Positions 31,375-42,271 of a stretch of DNA of 64,000 bases are shown here, one piece after another. Position 1 is the first letter of the stretch, and each line of letters opens with the position of its first letter. The notes beneath the pieces were generated by a model, which saw only the letters and a list, made by a program, of their open reading frames with translations, did no database searches and was not told the DNA's origin. The stretch lies in contig CAWCNY010000006.1 of assembly GCA_963797095.1 (NCBI GenBank), positions 416,001-480,000 of the forward strand. The letters are read 5' to 3'. The translations under genes were made by a program, and so were the position numbers. Source of the stretch: an uncultured Chloroflexia bacterium. Lineage in GTDB: Bacteria; Chloroflexota; Chloroflexia; QHBQ01; JADMIH01.

Positions 31375-33101
31375 CTACCCCTCCGCAATCGCCCGTACCT
31401 CATCCAACGTGCTTGCATCGCGAGGCTTCTTGTCCGGCCTCAACCGCACGATCCGCGGAAACCGTAGCGCATACCCGCTCTTATGCCTTGGGCTTAGCTG
31501 TATCTTATCGAACGCCACCTCGATCACCACCAGCGGCTGCACCAGCCTCACCCTCCCGAAATCCCGGATCGTATGCGCCTTGAACCACTCCGTCATCTCA
31601 ATGATCTCAGCATCAGTAAGCCCCGAATAAGCCTTGCCCACATTCAGCAACTCGCCGTTCGCCCCCAGCACCGCGAACGTATAATCCGACAGCATCTTAT
31701 TCCGCTTCCCGTGCCCCCACTCCACCGCCGTCACCACCACATCCAGCGTAGCCAGCGCCCGCTTCACCTTCAACCAAGCCTTCCCCCTCTTCCCAGGCGA
31801 ATAAGCCGACCCCGGCATCTTCACCATCAACCCCTCGTTCCCCCGCCCCCGCGCAGCCTCAAACATAGCATCCAGCCGCCCCTCAAACCCACCATCATCA
31901 CTCCCATCTACATCGTTGTCCTTCGTCCATCCCCTCCGTCCTCCATCCCAACCCCCACCAACTCCGTGGGCGCCTTCACCAGCGGGTAAGGCAACTCCAA
32001 CCCCGCCAACAACTCCTTTCGCTGCTCCAAAGGCGCATCCAGAAGAACCTCCCCATCCAGATACAGCAAATCGAAGATCATACATGCTACCGGCACCTCC
32101 GCCATCAACTCCTCCGAAACCACCTTCCTCCCAAGCCGCTTCTGCAATGCGCTGAACGCCAGACACCTCCCGTCGCTTTCCGAGTACGCCACGATCTCCC
32201 CATCGAACAACACCGAGTGCGGAATTGCCCTCAGAGCATTCGCCACCTCAGGGAACCTGTGCTCCACCGGGTCCAGCGTCCGCGAGAAAATAGACACCCT
32301 CTCCCCCTCTCGGTGCAACTGCGCCCTCACCCCATCGTACTTATCCTCAATAAAGACCCGCTCCTCCCCCCTGTTCCCCGCCTCCGTCACCACGTCCCCA
32401 GGCTTCTCACCAGGCGTAGCCAGCATAAACTTCAGCGGGTGGAACAACCTCAGACTGGCCTGCTCAAGCCGCCCGTGCCGCGCCATCAACCCCGTCTCCC
32501 CGATATCCCCCACCAGCATATTCACCCGCTGGATCTCCTCCGTAGCCACCCCCGCCATCCGCGCCAGCGCCTCCTCCACCAGCGACTCCTTCAGCCCCAT
32601 CCGCATATCGCCCGTAACCAGCTTCACAATAAGCCGCGCCTCCAGCGGCGTAGCCCTCGACAAAAGCCCATGCAGCAGCATGGCCTTCTTCCCGGTCCCG
32701 CGAGTAGTCGCGATCTCCTCAAACACCCTCACCGTCTCCTGCAAGCTCAACGGCTCTCCCGCCTCCCTCAACTCGGCGGGCATAATCTCCCGCGCTACAT
32801 CCCCCATATCTCCCATAAGCACCACCAGCGCGTTATACTCGTCCGGCCCAATCCCCGAAAGCTGAATAAGCACATTAGAAGCCACGCTCCACCCCACATT
32901 CAGCGTCCGGTCGTCCGACACCGGAAACGGACTACCTGCCAGCAACCTGCAAGCCAGCGACAAATCCGCATCCGACAACCCCGATAAATACCCCGCCAGG
33001 ATAGCCAGCTTCTCCAGCCTCTTAGAAGTAGCCCCAACAGCCTTCGCCACCTCCGAAAAAGCCCCAAAACTGCTCCCCTCAGAAATCACATAATCACTCA
33101 T
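31375..33101 (-). pseudogene. ATP-dependent DNA ligase (LigB-like) split by a frameshift (real, slippage-variable or assembly error)
   Basis: EDKYDGVR adenylation motif and FDGE in 31908..33101; NEGLMVK, WLKVK, LRFPR in 31375..~31930. The break lies in a GGACGGA/GGACGAA repeat patch. Confidence 0.85.
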
Positions 33102-33164
33102 AAGCGCATTATATCAAGCACCCACCCAATATGTCTCCATCAGAAAAGGGGTACAAGGGTAAAA

Positions 33165-33375
33165 AGGGGGTGCAGGGGTACTCCCCTGCCGGGGGGTTTG
33201 GGGGTGTCCCTCACACTTCCCCCACTATTTACTCTCCCCTCTCCCCGTATTCGGGGTGCCGACGAAGGAGGCGGGGGCAGGGGGTGAGGGGTGTTAGCCT
33301 GTGCTCACCAGCGGGTCTTAAGGGAAAACCTACCCTTGAAAGTGTCAGGGGAGAGGGGCAAGGGGTGTGGGGTCC
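33165..33375. repeat. Cluster of REP-like GC-rich palindromes
   Basis: GCAGGGGTACTCCCCTGC; CTCCCCTCTCCCC..GGGGCAGGGGGTGAGGG; GGGGAGAGGGG. Confidence 0.55.
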
Positions 33376-33466
33376 ATCCTCACGATAATTTATCCCATAA
33401 GGAAAACAAATAAGAAGTCTTCATAAGAGGCGTCTCTTGACGCCACCCACCATGTAAGTTATCCTC

Positions 33467-34483
33467 ATGGACGAAATGTACCCAACTCACCACATCACCA
33501 CCATAGAATCCCACACAGCGGGCGAGCCTCTCCGCATAGTAACCTCCGGCGTCCCCATAATCCCCGGCGCCACCATCCTCGAAAAGCGCCGCTGGCTCCG
33601 CGAAAACCTCGACCACATCCGCCGCGCTCTCATGCACGAACCTCGCGGCCATGCCGACATGTACGGCTGCTACGTCACCCCTCCCGTCACCTCCGAAGCC
33701 CACCTCGGCGTCATCTTCATGCACAACGAAGGCTATTCCACCATGTGCGGCCACGGCGTGATCGCCCTCGCCACAGTTGCCGTCACCCACCGCTGGATCT
33801 CACCCACCTCCCCCGAAACCCGCGTCGGCCTCGACACCCCCGCAGGCTTCGTAGAGGCCTGGGTAGCCTGGGGCGGCTCACGCGCCACCGGCGTCCGCTT
33901 CCTCAACGTCGCCTCCTTCCTCCACACCCGCGACCTCTCAATAACCACCCCCTCCTTCGGCCCTCTCACTGTCGATATCGCCTTCGGAGGTGCCTTCTAC
34001 GCCTACATGGACGGCGCGCAGGTTGGCCTGGCCGTCCGCCCCGAAAACTATCGCGCCCTCATCCAGCTAGGCGACGAAGTCAAGCACGCAGTAGAAGCCA
34101 CCCTCGACGTAGTCCACCCCACCGAGCCTGAACTCCAGGGCATCTACGGCACCATAATCGACGGCCCGCCCCTCTCCCCCGGAGCCAACCAATCCAACGT
34201 CTGCGTCTTCGCCGACAGAGAAGTAGATCGCTCCCCCACAGGCACAGGCACCGCCGGTCGCGTGGCTCAACTCTACGCCCGTGGCCGCCTCGCCCTCGAC
34301 GAACCCCTCATCAACGAAAGCATAATAGGCACCCGCTTCACAGGCCGAGCCATCCGAGAAACCACAGTGGGCCCCTACCCCGCCATCATCCCCGAAGTCT
34401 CAGGTCAGGCCCATATCACCGGCTCCGCCACCTGGACAATCGACCCCACCGACCCCATAGCGGGTGGTTTCTTCCTCCGCTAG
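33467..34483 (+). CDS. Proline racemase family, Cys/Thr type (probable trans-3-hydroxy-L-proline dehydratase)
   Basis: HTAGEPLR, EPRGH, MCGH, DRSPTGTGT. Confidence 0.85.
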   Translation: MDEMYPTHHITTIESHTAGEPLRIVTSGVPIIPGATILEKRRWLRENLDHIRRALMHEPRGHADMYGCYVTPPVTSEAHLGVIFMHNEGYSTMCGHGVIALATVAVTHRWISPTSPETRVGLDTPAGFVEAWVAWGGSRATGVRFLNVASFLHTRDLSITTPSFGPLTVDIAFGGAFYAYMDGAQVGLAVRPENYRALIQLGDEVKHAVEATLDVVHPTEPELQGIYGTIIDGPPLSPGANQSNVCVFADREVDRSPTGTGTAGRVAQLYARGRLALDEPLINESIIGTRFTGRAIRETTVGPYPAIIPEVSGQAHITGSATWTIDPTDPIAGGFFLR

Positions 34484-34544
34484 CTCCACTTAAACACCCT
34501 AACGAATTGAGGGTACGCTTTAGCTGTCCCTCAATTCTTTATCC

Positions 34545-34954
34545 CTAACTTACCCCTACCCAACTCTGTATCAAACTTGACATAAAGTAGACAATGAACG
34601 CCACCGTCACCAGCCACATCAGCGGGTGCACCTTCCCACCCTTCCCCGTGAACAGCATCATCGCAGTAAACAGGATAAACCACATCCCAATTCCGTCGGT
34701 GATCGAATACGTGAGCGGCATAGCTATCATGGTGATTAGCACCGGGAATGCCTCCTTGAAGTCCCCACAATGATCAGCGCTGGCGCGGCAGCCTGGCTCG
34801 GCACAACCGCTATGATCGGCGTAAAGAACGGCACCAGCAGGAACAAAACCCCTACCGTCACCGCCACTAACCCCGTGCGCCCGCCCTGCGATACGCCCGC
34901 CCCCAACTCGATATATGTTGTCGCACTGCTTGCCCCAAGCGATCCGCCCACGAT
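34545..34954 (-). pseudogene. NCS2/AzgA purine permease C-terminal remnant
   Basis: TTYIE..AGV..GGRTGL..AAAPALIIVG, then a frameshift to EAFP..MPLTYSITDGIG; the 5' part is missing. Confidence 0.85.
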
Positions 34955-35155
34955 AGTCCCGAAGGGACGCAAGAACCTGGCCGAGGCGCAGCCCCTGTGC
35001 TAAGCCCAGGGAATCACCAAGTCCTGTAGGGACGTAAGAGAGTAGCCCAGGGCGTAGGCCCTGTGGTAAGCCCAAGATAACACCATAGCCCTGTAAGGGC
35101 GTAAGAGCTCTACGATCCTGTCTGGTACATTCCTCTTACGTCCCTACAGGGCTAT
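34955..35155. repeat. REP/BIME-like array: three AG(T/C)CC.G.AGGG.CG.AAGA heads at ~66-bp period plus one inverted copy
   Basis: Heads at 34955, 35020 and 35087; inverted TCTTACGTCCCTACAGGGCT at ~35135. Confidence 0.8.
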
Positions 35156-35171
35156 ACTAGGGATGCTCCTA

Positions 35172-37646
35172 CTACCGGTCGTGCGCCAGCAGATCGGCAG
35201 TCGTCTGGCTCGTTTCAACCTCAAGTAGTAGAGCCTCCTCAGGGATCGGGCATCTAAACGTAATCGCCGTCCCCTTGTTCTTCCTCGCCCTAATAACCAT
35301 CTCCCCGCCCGCGTCACTGATCCTCTGCCGCATCGACTGTAGCCCGATCTTGTCCCCGGCGCGCTCTTTCTGCATCGCCTCTTCCACGTTAAACCCCTTG
35401 CCATCGTCCGTAACTCTCATCACTAGGCTATGCCCCTCAATCGACAGCGCCAATTCCACCTGGCTTGCTCCTGAATGCTTACGCACGTTCGCCAGCAATT
35501 CCTGGGCCAACCTGTACATAAGCAATTCCATATAGGCCGGCAAGCGTGTACGCACCTTGTTCTTGAGCGTCGCCTCGATCCCCGTCACCTCGGAAAATCG
35601 GTCAATATGATCGTGTAGCGCGGAGATGAGGCCGTACGTATTCAGCACCTCGAGGCTCAACCCTGACAGGATCCCGCGCACTTCCTCCACTATCCCTACT
35701 ATTATATTGCGCACATACTGTAACTCATCCCCAGCCTCGTAATGCTCGCCACGCTCATACCTTCTGAGCGCCCTGTCCAGCGCCAGCAGCGATACCCCCA
35801 ACGATTGCAGAGGCCCATCGTGTATCTCCATCGATAATCGCCTCCGCTCGGCCTCTTGTGCGTTCAATAGCTGTGCCAGCAGTTGGGCTTGCGCTGCGGC
35901 GCTCTGCTGGAGGTCGCGTTCCGTCTTCACCCGCTCATCAAGCTCCCTCTGCGCCTCCGAATATAGCTGCGCGTTTTGCAAAGCCAGCGACGCCAGCTTG
36001 GCGAACCGCTCCAAAAGAGCCATCTCGTCAGGGCTGACCACCCGCCCCTCGTTGAAGAACGCTACCCCTATGACGCCCACGACCTCGCCCCCTACCTTCA
36101 ACGGAATCCCTGCCACAGCATGAATGGTCATATAGTCCAGGTTCGTACTTCGACCCGCCCACAAATGGTAGTCATCTGTGGCAAGCACTTCCCCCGTCTC
36201 CCATACCCTCCCCGCGATCCCTTCCCCACGCCTCAGCGAATAGCCGAGATTCGTATGGAAAAAGCCTGTCCCAGTACGTACCACCAGGTGCGGTTCGGCG
36301 ATATGCTCGTCTGCCGGTTCTATCAAATATAAATAGGCATGGGGCGTATCGATCAATTCCGACGCCTTGTTCACCAACGTTTCGAGCAAGCTTTCCGGGT
36401 CGAGACGGTTGATTATCCCAAGTGCCGTGTCGTGCAGCGTGGTCAGTTCCTCGTTCTGCCGTATCAGCGCCTTCTGTACCCTCATCCGCTCTTCAAGCTC
36501 CTGCTGCGCGGCGGCATACAACCTGGCGTTTTGCAGCGCCAGCGATGCAAGCTTCGCCAGCCTCTCAAAGAGCGCCACCTCCTCCGGCTTGACAGTGCGG
36601 CCTTCCTCGAAGTACGCCATGCCCAGCACCCCTGCTACTTCATCCCCAATAGTGAGTGGCACCGACAGCGCCGCATAAATCGGCATATAGTCCAGTGTAG
36701 AACGCCTGCCTCGCCAGCGGCTGTAATCATCCACTTTGATCGTCTGCCCTGTACGCCACACCTGCTCGGTAAGCCCATCACCAAACGGTAGCGGCTGCCC
36801 CACCTCAATCGAAAAGAACCCTGAGGCCGCAGGCATCAGCAGATACTTCTCCCCGTGCTTGTTCTCCTTCACCACGCACACAAACACATGTGATGTGTCA
36901 AGCAGCGTACAAGCCTTATTCACGATCGCTTCGAGCAGACTGTCAGGGTCCAGCCTATTAATGATGCCAAGTGTTGTCTCATGCAGTGCTGCCAACTCTT
37001 CATTCTGCTTGCGCAATGCTTCTTCGGCCTGCCTGCGGCTCGTAATATCGTGCACAATCGAATACAGGTACGTATGTTCGCCGAAGGAGATCGGCCCTGA
37101 GTGAACTTCTACATCACGTACTTCACCCGAAGCGAGCCTGTGCTTGAACACGAAATACGCGCGCTCCTCCTTGCGAGCACGCTCCATCTCCGCCTGCACC
37201 TCTTCCTGGGGTAGCGTGTTGATCTGGCTGACCTTCATACCAAGCAGTTGCTCGAGCGTGTAACCGTAAAACTCAGCTGCTGATTGGCTTGCATCAATGA
37301 TCCTTCCATCCGTCGGGTCGATCAGCAGCTTGATGGCGCGGTTTCGCTCAAACATCTGCCGGTAGCGTTCTCCCGTTTCCCTCAACTCCTGCTCGGTCTC
37401 AAGCAACTCTTTGGTGCTCCGGTGGATCAGCCAGTACAATAGCAAAGCATTGGCCGCTATGTAAATCCACCCCTTGATAGTCTGGAGAAACGACCTGAGA
37501 GTGTAGTCGGGAACGAGAAAATCGAGCAGCCTGTCGGTCACCAGGATCCATAACGCCCCCACGATCAAATAAACAATAATGATCCTGGTGGTGAGGACCG
37601 TTAGCTTTGAAGGCTTAGGGGCGTTCGGCAGGTGTTTCATGGTCAA
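35172..37646 (-). CDS. Membrane PAS-GAF-GAF sensor histidine kinase (HisKA_3 type)
   Basis: Two TM segments, PAS, duplicated GAF, ERRRLSMEIHDGPLQ, ELLANVRKH, DDGKGF. Confidence 0.92.
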   Translation of the reverse strand: MTMKHLPNAPKPSKLTVLTTRIIIVYLIVGALWILVTDRLLDFLVPDYTLRSFLQTIKGWIYIAANALLLYWLIHRSTKELLETEQELRETGERYRQMFERNRAIKLLIDPTDGRIIDASQSAAEFYGYTLEQLLGMKVSQINTLPQEEVQAEMERARKEERAYFVFKHRLASGEVRDVEVHSGPISFGEHTYLYSIVHDITSRRQAEEALRKQNEELAALHETTLGIINRLDPDSLLEAIVNKACTLLDTSHVFVCVVKENKHGEKYLLMPAASGFFSIEVGQPLPFGDGLTEQVWRTGQTIKVDDYSRWRGRRSTLDYMPIYAALSVPLTIGDEVAGVLGMAYFEEGRTVKPEEVALFERLAKLASLALQNARLYAAAQQELEERMRVQKALIRQNEELTTLHDTALGIINRLDPESLLETLVNKASELIDTPHAYLYLIEPADEHIAEPHLVVRTGTGFFHTNLGYSLRRGEGIAGRVWETGEVLATDDYHLWAGRSTNLDYMTIHAVAGIPLKVGGEVVGVIGVAFFNEGRVVSPDEMALLERFAKLASLALQNAQLYSEAQRELDERVKTERDLQQSAAAQAQLLAQLLNAQEAERRRLSMEIHDGPLQSLGVSLLALDRALRRYERGEHYEAGDELQYVRNIIVGIVEEVRGILSGLSLEVLNTYGLISALHDHIDRFSEVTGIEATLKNKVRTRLPAYMELLMYRLAQELLANVRKHSGASQVELALSIEGHSLVMRVTDDGKGFNVEEAMQKERAGDKIGLQSMRQRISDAGGEMVIRARKNKGTAITFRCPIPEEALLLEVETSQTTADLLAHDR

Positions 37647-37696
37647 TCCTCGCGCACGGTGGCTCGCGCCACTTTTTGCGCCGAAATATGAAAGAA

Positions 37697-39865
37697 TCAG
37701 CTGCCCGTGGTCAAAAGTGCCCCGTCGTCACTGATTTCATTGTATAGCAGCATATGCCTTTCCGCAATACTTTCCCACGAGAAATAGCGCGCTAACACCC
37801 TTTCCCCACGCACAAGCCTCTCCCTCAACTCCCCATCCCCCGCCATTCGCTCAATTGCATCCACCAGCGCCCCATCATCCCCCGCACGCACCAGCAGCGT
37901 GTTCTCTCCGTCCACCAGCCTCGGCATCTCACCACCCCAACCTCCGCCCTCCGCATCCTGCTCCTTGCGTGTAGTGATCAGAGGCAATCCATGTTCCAGC
38001 ACCGCCAACAAACTCCCCCTCCGAAAAGAAGCCCCATCCGCGAATGGCAGCACAGCCATATCAGCAGCCAATAGCGCAGCCGACACCTCCCGCGCCTCCA
38101 AATATCCCGTCCACACAATACTCTCCCCCACCCCCAATTCACGCGCCAACCCATCCACCTCTTGTGCCGTAGCCCGGTTAGTAGGGTCGCTCGACCCCAA
38201 CCCACCGCCCACCATAAGCAGCCTGTACCGCCCCGGCACTCTTCCCTCCAATTCCGCCACAGCCCGCAAAAGGCTATCTAACCCCTTGCTGCTGCTGAGG
38301 AACCCGAAATAAGCCAGCACAACCGTGCCCACATCAATCCCCCGCTTCCCTCTCCATTCTTCCCTATCAAACCCCTCAGGTGGCTCTCTCCTGATATTCG
38401 ACCCTATCGGGATCACCTCCACCCTCTCCACTCCCCACCCCCTCAACTGTGCCCCATCCTCAGCATTAGTAGCGATCACCGCCTTCGCGCTCCTCGCCAT
38501 CACCCGGTTCACCAACTCCCTCACCCGCCCCGCCTTCGGGAACAAATAAGGCACCAGCAGATCGTGAAAAGTAACCACAGTCGGCCTTCTCCCCACCAAT
38601 CTCAACACCAGCGGCGCGAAATTGATCCCCGGCCTCATATCATAAGCCCCTGTCTGGTACTGAATATGCGCCACCCTCCCTCCGCTCCCCCTCATCACCC
38701 TCCTGATAGCCCCCACTGTCACCCGTCCCGCCCAGTGCACTCTCAACATCCCCCCACTCATATACCCCGCTCCATCCCTCTCCTCCCCCCTCGCTTTTCT
38801 CGTCAGCACCCTCGCCCTCACTCCGCGCTCCTCCAGCGCAACGGCCAGCTTACAAGTGTAATCTCCAACCCCACCCCTCGCCGGAGGAAACTCCCCCGTA
38901 ATCAACACCACCCCACCCTTCCTATCCCAACTCCTTCTCTCGCGCAACCCGCTCCCCAACACCTCCACGTACATCCGCACCCGCTCGGCCCGCATCTCCC
39001 GCTTGTGCCCCACCACCCACTTCGCCCCCTCCACCGCCAACTGCCCCACATAAGTCCCAACCAAATACCACCGCACCAATCTCCCCACCACTCGCCCCTC
39101 GTGCACCCGAAAATACCGCGCCTTGCTCGTATTAAAATGTATATGCCTCCCCGCCACCGCCTGGTCGGTGCTCCGCCCTCCAAAATGCGTGATCTCGGCC
39201 TCCGGCACATAAGCCACCCGCCACCCCGCCTCCCCCGCCCTCCTGCACAGGTCCATCTCCTCGCTGAACATAAAATACCCCGTATCGAACGGCCCCACCT
39301 GCTCCAGCATCTCCCGCCTGCATATCAAAGCCGCCCCGCTCACCCAGTCCACGTATTGCTCCTCGTCGTCCCCTCTATCTTCCACATAAAACCGCCTCAA
39401 CACCCCCGCACCCCCCAAATACCTCTGCAAAGGCGTAAACTCCACAAGCGCCGTCCAAACAGTAGGAAACCGCCTCCGCGATGACTGCGTGCTCCCATCC
39501 CCATTCACCAGCCTCGGCCCCGCGATCCCCACCTCCCTATGCCCCTCCATGTACTCGCACAGTTTAGCAATCGACCCCCCATGCGCCACTGTATCGGGAT
39601 TGAGCACCAGCACATACCTCCCCCTCGCCGCCCTTATCCCCACGTTGTTCCCCCTTGTAAACCCTCTGTTCTCACCAAGCGCGATCACCCTCACCCCCGG
39701 AAACTCCCCCCGCACCATCTCCACGCTCCCATCCACCGACCCATTGTCCACCACGATCACTTCCGTCCGCTCCCACCATCCCCCACACGCCTCTGGCAGC
39801 GCGCGCAAACACGCGGCCAGCATCTCGGCCACGTTCCAATTCAGGATTACTATGCTCAGCTCCAC
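37697..39865 (-). CDS. GT2-GT4 fused glycosyltransferase
   Basis: VVDNGS, LNPD, FSEEMD (GT2); ITGEFPP..GGVGDY, KGLD, GLPLITT (GT4). Confidence 0.85.
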   Translation of the reverse strand: MELSIVILNWNVAEMLAACLRALPEACGGWWERTEVIVVDNGSVDGSVEMVRGEFPGVRVIALGENRGFTRGNNVGIRAARGRYVLVLNPDTVAHGGSIAKLCEYMEGHREVGIAGPRLVNGDGSTQSSRRRFPTVWTALVEFTPLQRYLGGAGVLRRFYVEDRGDDEEQYVDWVSGAALICRREMLEQVGPFDTGYFMFSEEMDLCRRAGEAGWRVAYVPEAEITHFGGRSTDQAVAGRHIHFNTSKARYFRVHEGRVVGRLVRWYLVGTYVGQLAVEGAKWVVGHKREMRAERVRMYVEVLGSGLRERRSWDRKGGVVLITGEFPPARGGVGDYTCKLAVALEERGVRARVLTRKARGEERDGAGYMSGGMLRVHWAGRVTVGAIRRVMRGSGGRVAHIQYQTGAYDMRPGINFAPLVLRLVGRRPTVVTFHDLLVPYLFPKAGRVRELVNRVMARSAKAVIATNAEDGAQLRGWGVERVEVIPIGSNIRREPPEGFDREEWRGKRGIDVGTVVLAYFGFLSSSKGLDSLLRAVAELEGRVPGRYRLLMVGGGLGSSDPTNRATAQEVDGLARELGVGESIVWTGYLEAREVSAALLAADMAVLPFADGASFRRGSLLAVLEHGLPLITTRKEQDAEGGGWGGEMPRLVDGENTLLVRAGDDGALVDAIERMAGDGELRERLVRGERVLARYFSWESIAERHMLLYNEISDDGALLTTGS

Positions 39866-40126
39866 GACAATGAGTTTAGCACGCCCTCCCGCGCGTTGAC
39901 AACTTATGCGCGGCTCACCTAGAATAACTCTGAGTACACCATCAACAAAGCAAAGTTGTAGGGACGAGGCATGCCTCGCCCTCTACGAGGTTGTATACAC
40001 CAAGAGTTCACTTCCCCCAACAAGGACAAGGTCTGCCTCGCCCCTCTCGCGAATTCATTCTTCCAACAGCTTTGTTGGTCTTGTACTGAATGGGCATCTG
40101 GCCCCATCACCAGGAGAGCACTCCCA

Positions 40127-41821
40127 ATGCAAACGGACGACGACGCACCCCATCCCCACAAACCCTGGCTCGCCCACTACGAGCCTGAAGTCCCCCCCAC
40201 GCTCGACCTCCCCGACCTCACCCTCCCCGCCTTCTTCGAGCGCGTAGCCACCGATTACCCCAACACCACCGCCACCATCTTCTTCGGCGAGCGCCTTACC
40301 TACGCCCAGCTAAACGACCACGCCAACCGCTTCGCCGCTGGCCTGCAAGCCCTCGGCGTCCTCCCCGGCGACCGTGTAGCCATTATCCTCCCCAACTGCC
40401 CCCAGTTCCTCGTCTCCTTCTTCGGCGTCCTCAAAGCGGGCGCGGTAGCCATGCCCCTCAACCCCGCCTACGTAGCCCGCGAGCTAAAGAACCAGTTCAA
40501 CGACGCCGGTGTAAAAACCGTCATAGCCCTCAACACAGTCACCCATCGCGTCCTCGACATCCTCCCCGAAACCCCCATCGATCGCCTCATCGTCACCTGG
40601 ATGCAAGACACCCTCTCCCCCCTCATGGCCCTCATGCTCAGCGTCAAAGAGCGCCGCGACGCCACCGCCACCCACATATCCGGCGACAACATCTACCACT
40701 ACGCCGGCCTCCTGAAAAACAACCCCCTCGACCACACCCCCTCCACCGCCACCCCCGACGATACCGCCGTCCTCCTCTACACAGGCGGCACCACCGGCAC
40801 CCCCAAAGGTGCCATGCTCTCCCACCTCAATCTCGTTTCCAACGCCCTCCAGATGAACGCCTGGGTCTGGGATACCACCCCCCACAAGCACGACATCTAC
40901 CTCGGCGTGATCCCCTTCTTCCACAGCTACGGCCTCACCGTCGTCATGAACCTCGCCATCTCCTCCGCCTCCTCCATAGTCCTCCTCCCCCGCTTCGTCA
41001 TGAAAGACGTCCTCCGCGCCATCGCCCGCTGGCGGCCAACCGTCTTCCCCGCCGTGCCCACCATCTACAACGCCATCGCCCACCACCCCCTTTCCTCCGG
41101 CTACGACCTCCGCTCAATCCGCGTCTGCATCTCCGGTGCCGCCCCCCTCCCCCTCGAAGTCCAGCAATCCTTCGAGAGTGTCACGGGCGCTCGCCTCGTC
41201 GAAGGCTATGGCCTCACCGAAACCTCCCCCGTCACCCACTGCAACCCCGTCTACGGCGAGCGTCGCACCGGCAGCATCGGCCTCCCCATCCCCCAGACCG
41301 AAGCCCGCATACTCCACCCCAACTCCGGCCAACCCCTCCCCCTCGGCGAAGTAGGCGAGCTAGCCGTTCGCGGCCCCCAAATAATGCAAGGCTACTGGGC
41401 CAACCCCGAAGAAACCGTCGCCATGATCCGCGACGGCTGGTTACACACAGGCGACATGGCCCGCCAGGACGAAGCCGGCTACTTCTACTTAGTAGACCGC
41501 AAGAAAGACCTCATCCTGGTCGACGGCTTCAACGTCTACCCAAGGGAAGTAGAAGACGCCCTCTACGAAAACCCCAAAGTGCGCGAGGTAGTAGTAGCAG
41601 GCATCCCCGACAAGCGCCACGGCGAAATAGTCAAAGCCTACGTAGTCCTCCAGCCCGAAGCCGAAGTAACCGAGCGCGAGCTACGCCGCTTCCTCGCTGA
41701 TCGCCTCGCCGAATACAAACTCCCCGCCCGCATAGAATTCCGCGAAAGCCTACCCAAAAGCACAGTAGGCAAATACCTCCGCCGCGAACTCGTCGCCGAA
41801 GAGCTAGCAAGGGATTCGTAA
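40127..41821 (+). CDS. Long-chain fatty acid-CoA ligase
   Basis: YTGGTTGTPKG, EGYGLTE, WLHTGD, LPKSTVGK; AGGAG RBS before ATG 40127. Confidence 0.93.
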   Translation: MQTDDDAPHPHKPWLAHYEPEVPPTLDLPDLTLPAFFERVATDYPNTTATIFFGERLTYAQLNDHANRFAAGLQALGVLPGDRVAIILPNCPQFLVSFFGVLKAGAVAMPLNPAYVARELKNQFNDAGVKTVIALNTVTHRVLDILPETPIDRLIVTWMQDTLSPLMALMLSVKERRDATATHISGDNIYHYAGLLKNNPLDHTPSTATPDDTAVLLYTGGTTGTPKGAMLSHLNLVSNALQMNAWVWDTTPHKHDIYLGVIPFFHSYGLTVVMNLAISSASSIVLLPRFVMKDVLRAIARWRPTVFPAVPTIYNAIAHHPLSSGYDLRSIRVCISGAAPLPLEVQQSFESVTGARLVEGYGLTETSPVTHCNPVYGERRTGSIGLPIPQTEARILHPNSGQPLPLGEVGELAVRGPQIMQGYWANPEETVAMIRDGWLHTGDMARQDEAGYFYLVDRKKDLILVDGFNVYPREVEDALYENPKVREVVVAGIPDKRHGEIVKAYVVLQPEAEVTERELRRFLADRLAEYKLPARIEFRESLPKSTVGKYLRRELVAEELARDS

Positions 41822-41833
41822 ACTTCCCTCAGC

Positions 41834-42271
41834 TTACTCCTTATCAAATCTTGGAGGATGCAAACCGACGAAGTGAAGAACACGCCATAAATTGACAACG
41901 CCTTCACGGTTCAGGTGCAGCATTTCAATCGTAGCACGTCCCATTGGCGTCAAGCCAACCAGCAACGCATAGTCGGCGCTCCAAGCGAAATGCTCTGCCC
42001 ATGTATGAAGGCGCGGATTATACAGGGATACAATCTCCCCCGTAGCAGGGTCGACGCCGGTTATTTTCGTATATTTGTGACCATTACAGCCCTGACACGA
42101 AAGTGCCAGATTATCCAGGTTTGACTTACCCCCGCGCCTTCGGGGCATTATATGCTCAATGGAGAATCGGTCGTTTGAGAAGTTGGCCTGACTTAAGCAA
42201 TAGTCGCAACAGTCATGCGCCCTCTTAGCGACCCGTTCTTTTCGCCTGGTGGAAATGTGCGCCTCAGTCAT
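41834..42271 (-). CDS. HNH endonuclease
   Basis: CDYC..IEHIMP..GG..NLALSCQGCNGHK. Confidence 0.9.
   Translation of the reverse strand: MTEAHISTRRKERVAKRAHDCCDYCLSQANFSNDRFSIEHIMPRRRGGKSNLDNLALSCQGCNGHKYTKITGVDPATGEIVSLYNPRLHTWAEHFAWSADYALLVGLTPMGRATIEMLHLNREGVVNLWRVLHFVGLHPPRFDKE

Noticed and set aside
34955-35155. CRISPR array (66-bp period)
   Set aside because: Only three degenerate units, the intervening sequences resemble each other, one copy is inverted, and there are no cas genes; REP-like instead
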